Origin: Candidatus Saccharimonadales bacterium
GTDB taxonomy: Bacteria; Patescibacteriota; Saccharimonadia; Saccharimonadales; UBA4665
DNA: 64,000 bases
Direction of reading: 5' to 3'
Assembly (NCBI GenBank): GCA_044228355.1
Contig: JBGAVA010000001.1
Coordinates: forward strand, 16,229 to 80,228
The notes beneath the pieces were generated by a model that was not told where the DNA came from, ran no database searches, and saw nothing but the letters and a program-made list of their open reading frames with translations. Below are positions 63,210 to 64,000 of the stretch, one piece after another; the stretch's first letter is position 1; every line of letters begins with the position of its first letter. A program made the translations under genes and the position numbers.

Positions 63210-63527
63210 AGCGAAGCGAACCGGTGCGTAGCGCCGGCTTTAGGTAAGGGTGGAGAGTGCGTTTCGGATTTATTCCGAAACCGTGAGGAGGGACAAAGTC
63301 CCTCCTAAAACAACCAGCGAAGCGAACCGGTGCGTAGCGCCGGCTTTAGGTAAGGGTGGAGAGCGCGTTTCGGATTTATTCCGAAACCGTGAGGAGGGAC
63401 AAAGTCCATCCTAAAACAACCAGCGAAGCGAACCGGTGCGTAGCGCCGGCTTTAGGTAGGGTGGAGCAAGTATTTGGATTTACTCCAAATACGCAGCGGA
63501 GGGGCGTTAGCCCCTCCTAATTTTTTC
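63210..63527 (+). repeat. tandem array of three 106-bp hairpin modules
   Basis: Units start at 63210, 63316 and 63422. Units 1 and 2 differ at 2 positions. Unit 3 has diverged but keeps both distal hairpins through paired substitutions. Confidence 0.9.
63498..63526 (+). terminator. plus-strand intrinsic terminator (GGAGGGGC-GTTA-GCCCCTCC then TAATTTTTT)
   Basis: 8-bp GC-rich stem followed by a T-run on the plus strand only. Confidence 0.65.
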
Positions 63528-64000
63528 CTAAAAACTATTCCACAAAAACTGGTTGGTGACCTCGTGGTGGTGGATGATTTCCTCAGATTTTATGCGAGTG
63601 CCCAGTTCTAGGGCGCTGCGATTAGCCACGGCTTGTTTGGGGGCAAGGTATTTCTGCTTGGTCTGCTCGCCCAGCAGTCGCGACGTGTATTCGCTGGATT
63701 TATAGAGGCGGACAGCATCATGAATGGTGTCGGGCAGCATGCGTACCCGTGGGCGTTTGCTGGTGTCGGCTCGCGGCGGTTTGCCATCGAGCCCGGTCCG
63801 TAGCAGCGTAAACGCGACCAGGTAGGGGTTCGCATCTGGTGCGACCGAGCGGACTTCTATGCGGGCGGTTTTCTCGTTAGCAAACGGGATGCGGATCATG
63901 GAACTGCGGTCGTTGGCCGATGCTTTGATCTGGTTTGGCGCCTCATAGGCCGGGTCGAGTCGCCGGTAAGCATTGACGCTAGAGTTTAGTACCAGGCATA
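63528..64000 (-). CDS. glnA: glutamine synthetase, C-terminal part (5' end outside window)
   Basis: NAYRRL..., SSMIRIP...RIEVRSVAPDANPYLVAFTLLRTGLDG, and the C-terminal LPDTIHDAV...EVTNQFLW are typical of GS. Confidence 0.8.
   Translation of the reverse strand, partial: CLVLNSSVNAYRRLDPAYEAPNQIKASANDRSSMIRIPFANEKTARIEVRSVAPDANPYLVAFTLLRTGLDGKPPRADTSKRPRVRMLPDTIHDAVRLYKSSEYTSRLLGEQTKQKYLAPKQAVANRSALELGTRIKSEEIIHHHEVTNQFLWNSF

Noticed and set aside
63210-63527. Resemblance of each 106-bp unit (GGAGAGTG-hairpin-CCGTGAGGAGGGAC) to a glycine-riboswitch aptamer, in a tandem arrangement next to serine-pathway genes
   Set aside because: The similarity is on the plus strand, whereas serC and glnA are on the minus strand. 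I could not find the conserved 3' CUCAGGCAAAAGGAC-type segment or the P1 pairing. Units 1 and 2 are near-identical, as in a recent duplication rather than diverged functional aptamers. It is reported only as a structured repeat.

Overview
The window is a gene-dense bacterial chromosome segment. It has about 55 supported CDS, 3 tRNAs (all anticodon CAT), and no rRNA, CRISPR array or transposase. The gene content looks like a reduced-genome, possibly Patescibacteria/Saccharibacteria-like organism, but that lineage call is only an inference. It rests on many small membrane proteins, LCP, MurJ, FtsH, LepA, an orphan T4CP-like ATPase, several apparently leaderless starts and little biosynthesis beyond serA/serC/glnA. 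Housekeeping genes recognised by motif are Dus (fused to a HAD phosphatase), CorA, TilS, a MacB-type ABC pair, FtsH, MurJ, LepA, Bcp, Gmk-like, HrcA-GrpE-DnaK, DnaJ, SerA, SerC and a glutamine synthetase fragment. Seven observations stand out. (1) A roughly 12 kb accessory island separates dnaK from dnaJ. It carries a trypco2-like protein, an HD-like protein, a Fic enzyme with an elaborate operator region, a classical AAA+ ATPase with an unknown N-domain, and large membrane proteins. (2) A tightly packed five-gene operon at 56.1-60.5 kb encodes a DUF1704/MATCAP-like HExxH peptidase, two RimK-type ATP-grasp ligases, a class-I GATase and a DUF192 protein. It is a candidate peptide-tail ligation and trimming system. 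(3) The 12-mer TTTCACCTGGGA is strongly over-represented, with 9 exact copies. It usually lies inside a roughly 45-nt composite element directly after stop codons, and one copy sits in frame inside lepA. (4) A 126-175 bp MITE-like family is present in three copies with 20-bp terminal inverted repeats and target-site duplications. (5) A 3 x 106 bp tandem array of hairpin modules lies between glnA and serC and ends in a plus-strand intrinsic terminator. (6) An orphan transcription unit at 13.7-14.2 kb has a near-consensus promoter, a strong terminator and a 31-aa ORF. (7) Heptanucleotide microsatellites occur inside tilS and lepA. All functional calls come from motifs read by eye in the translations, with no database search, so family names need HMM confirmation.
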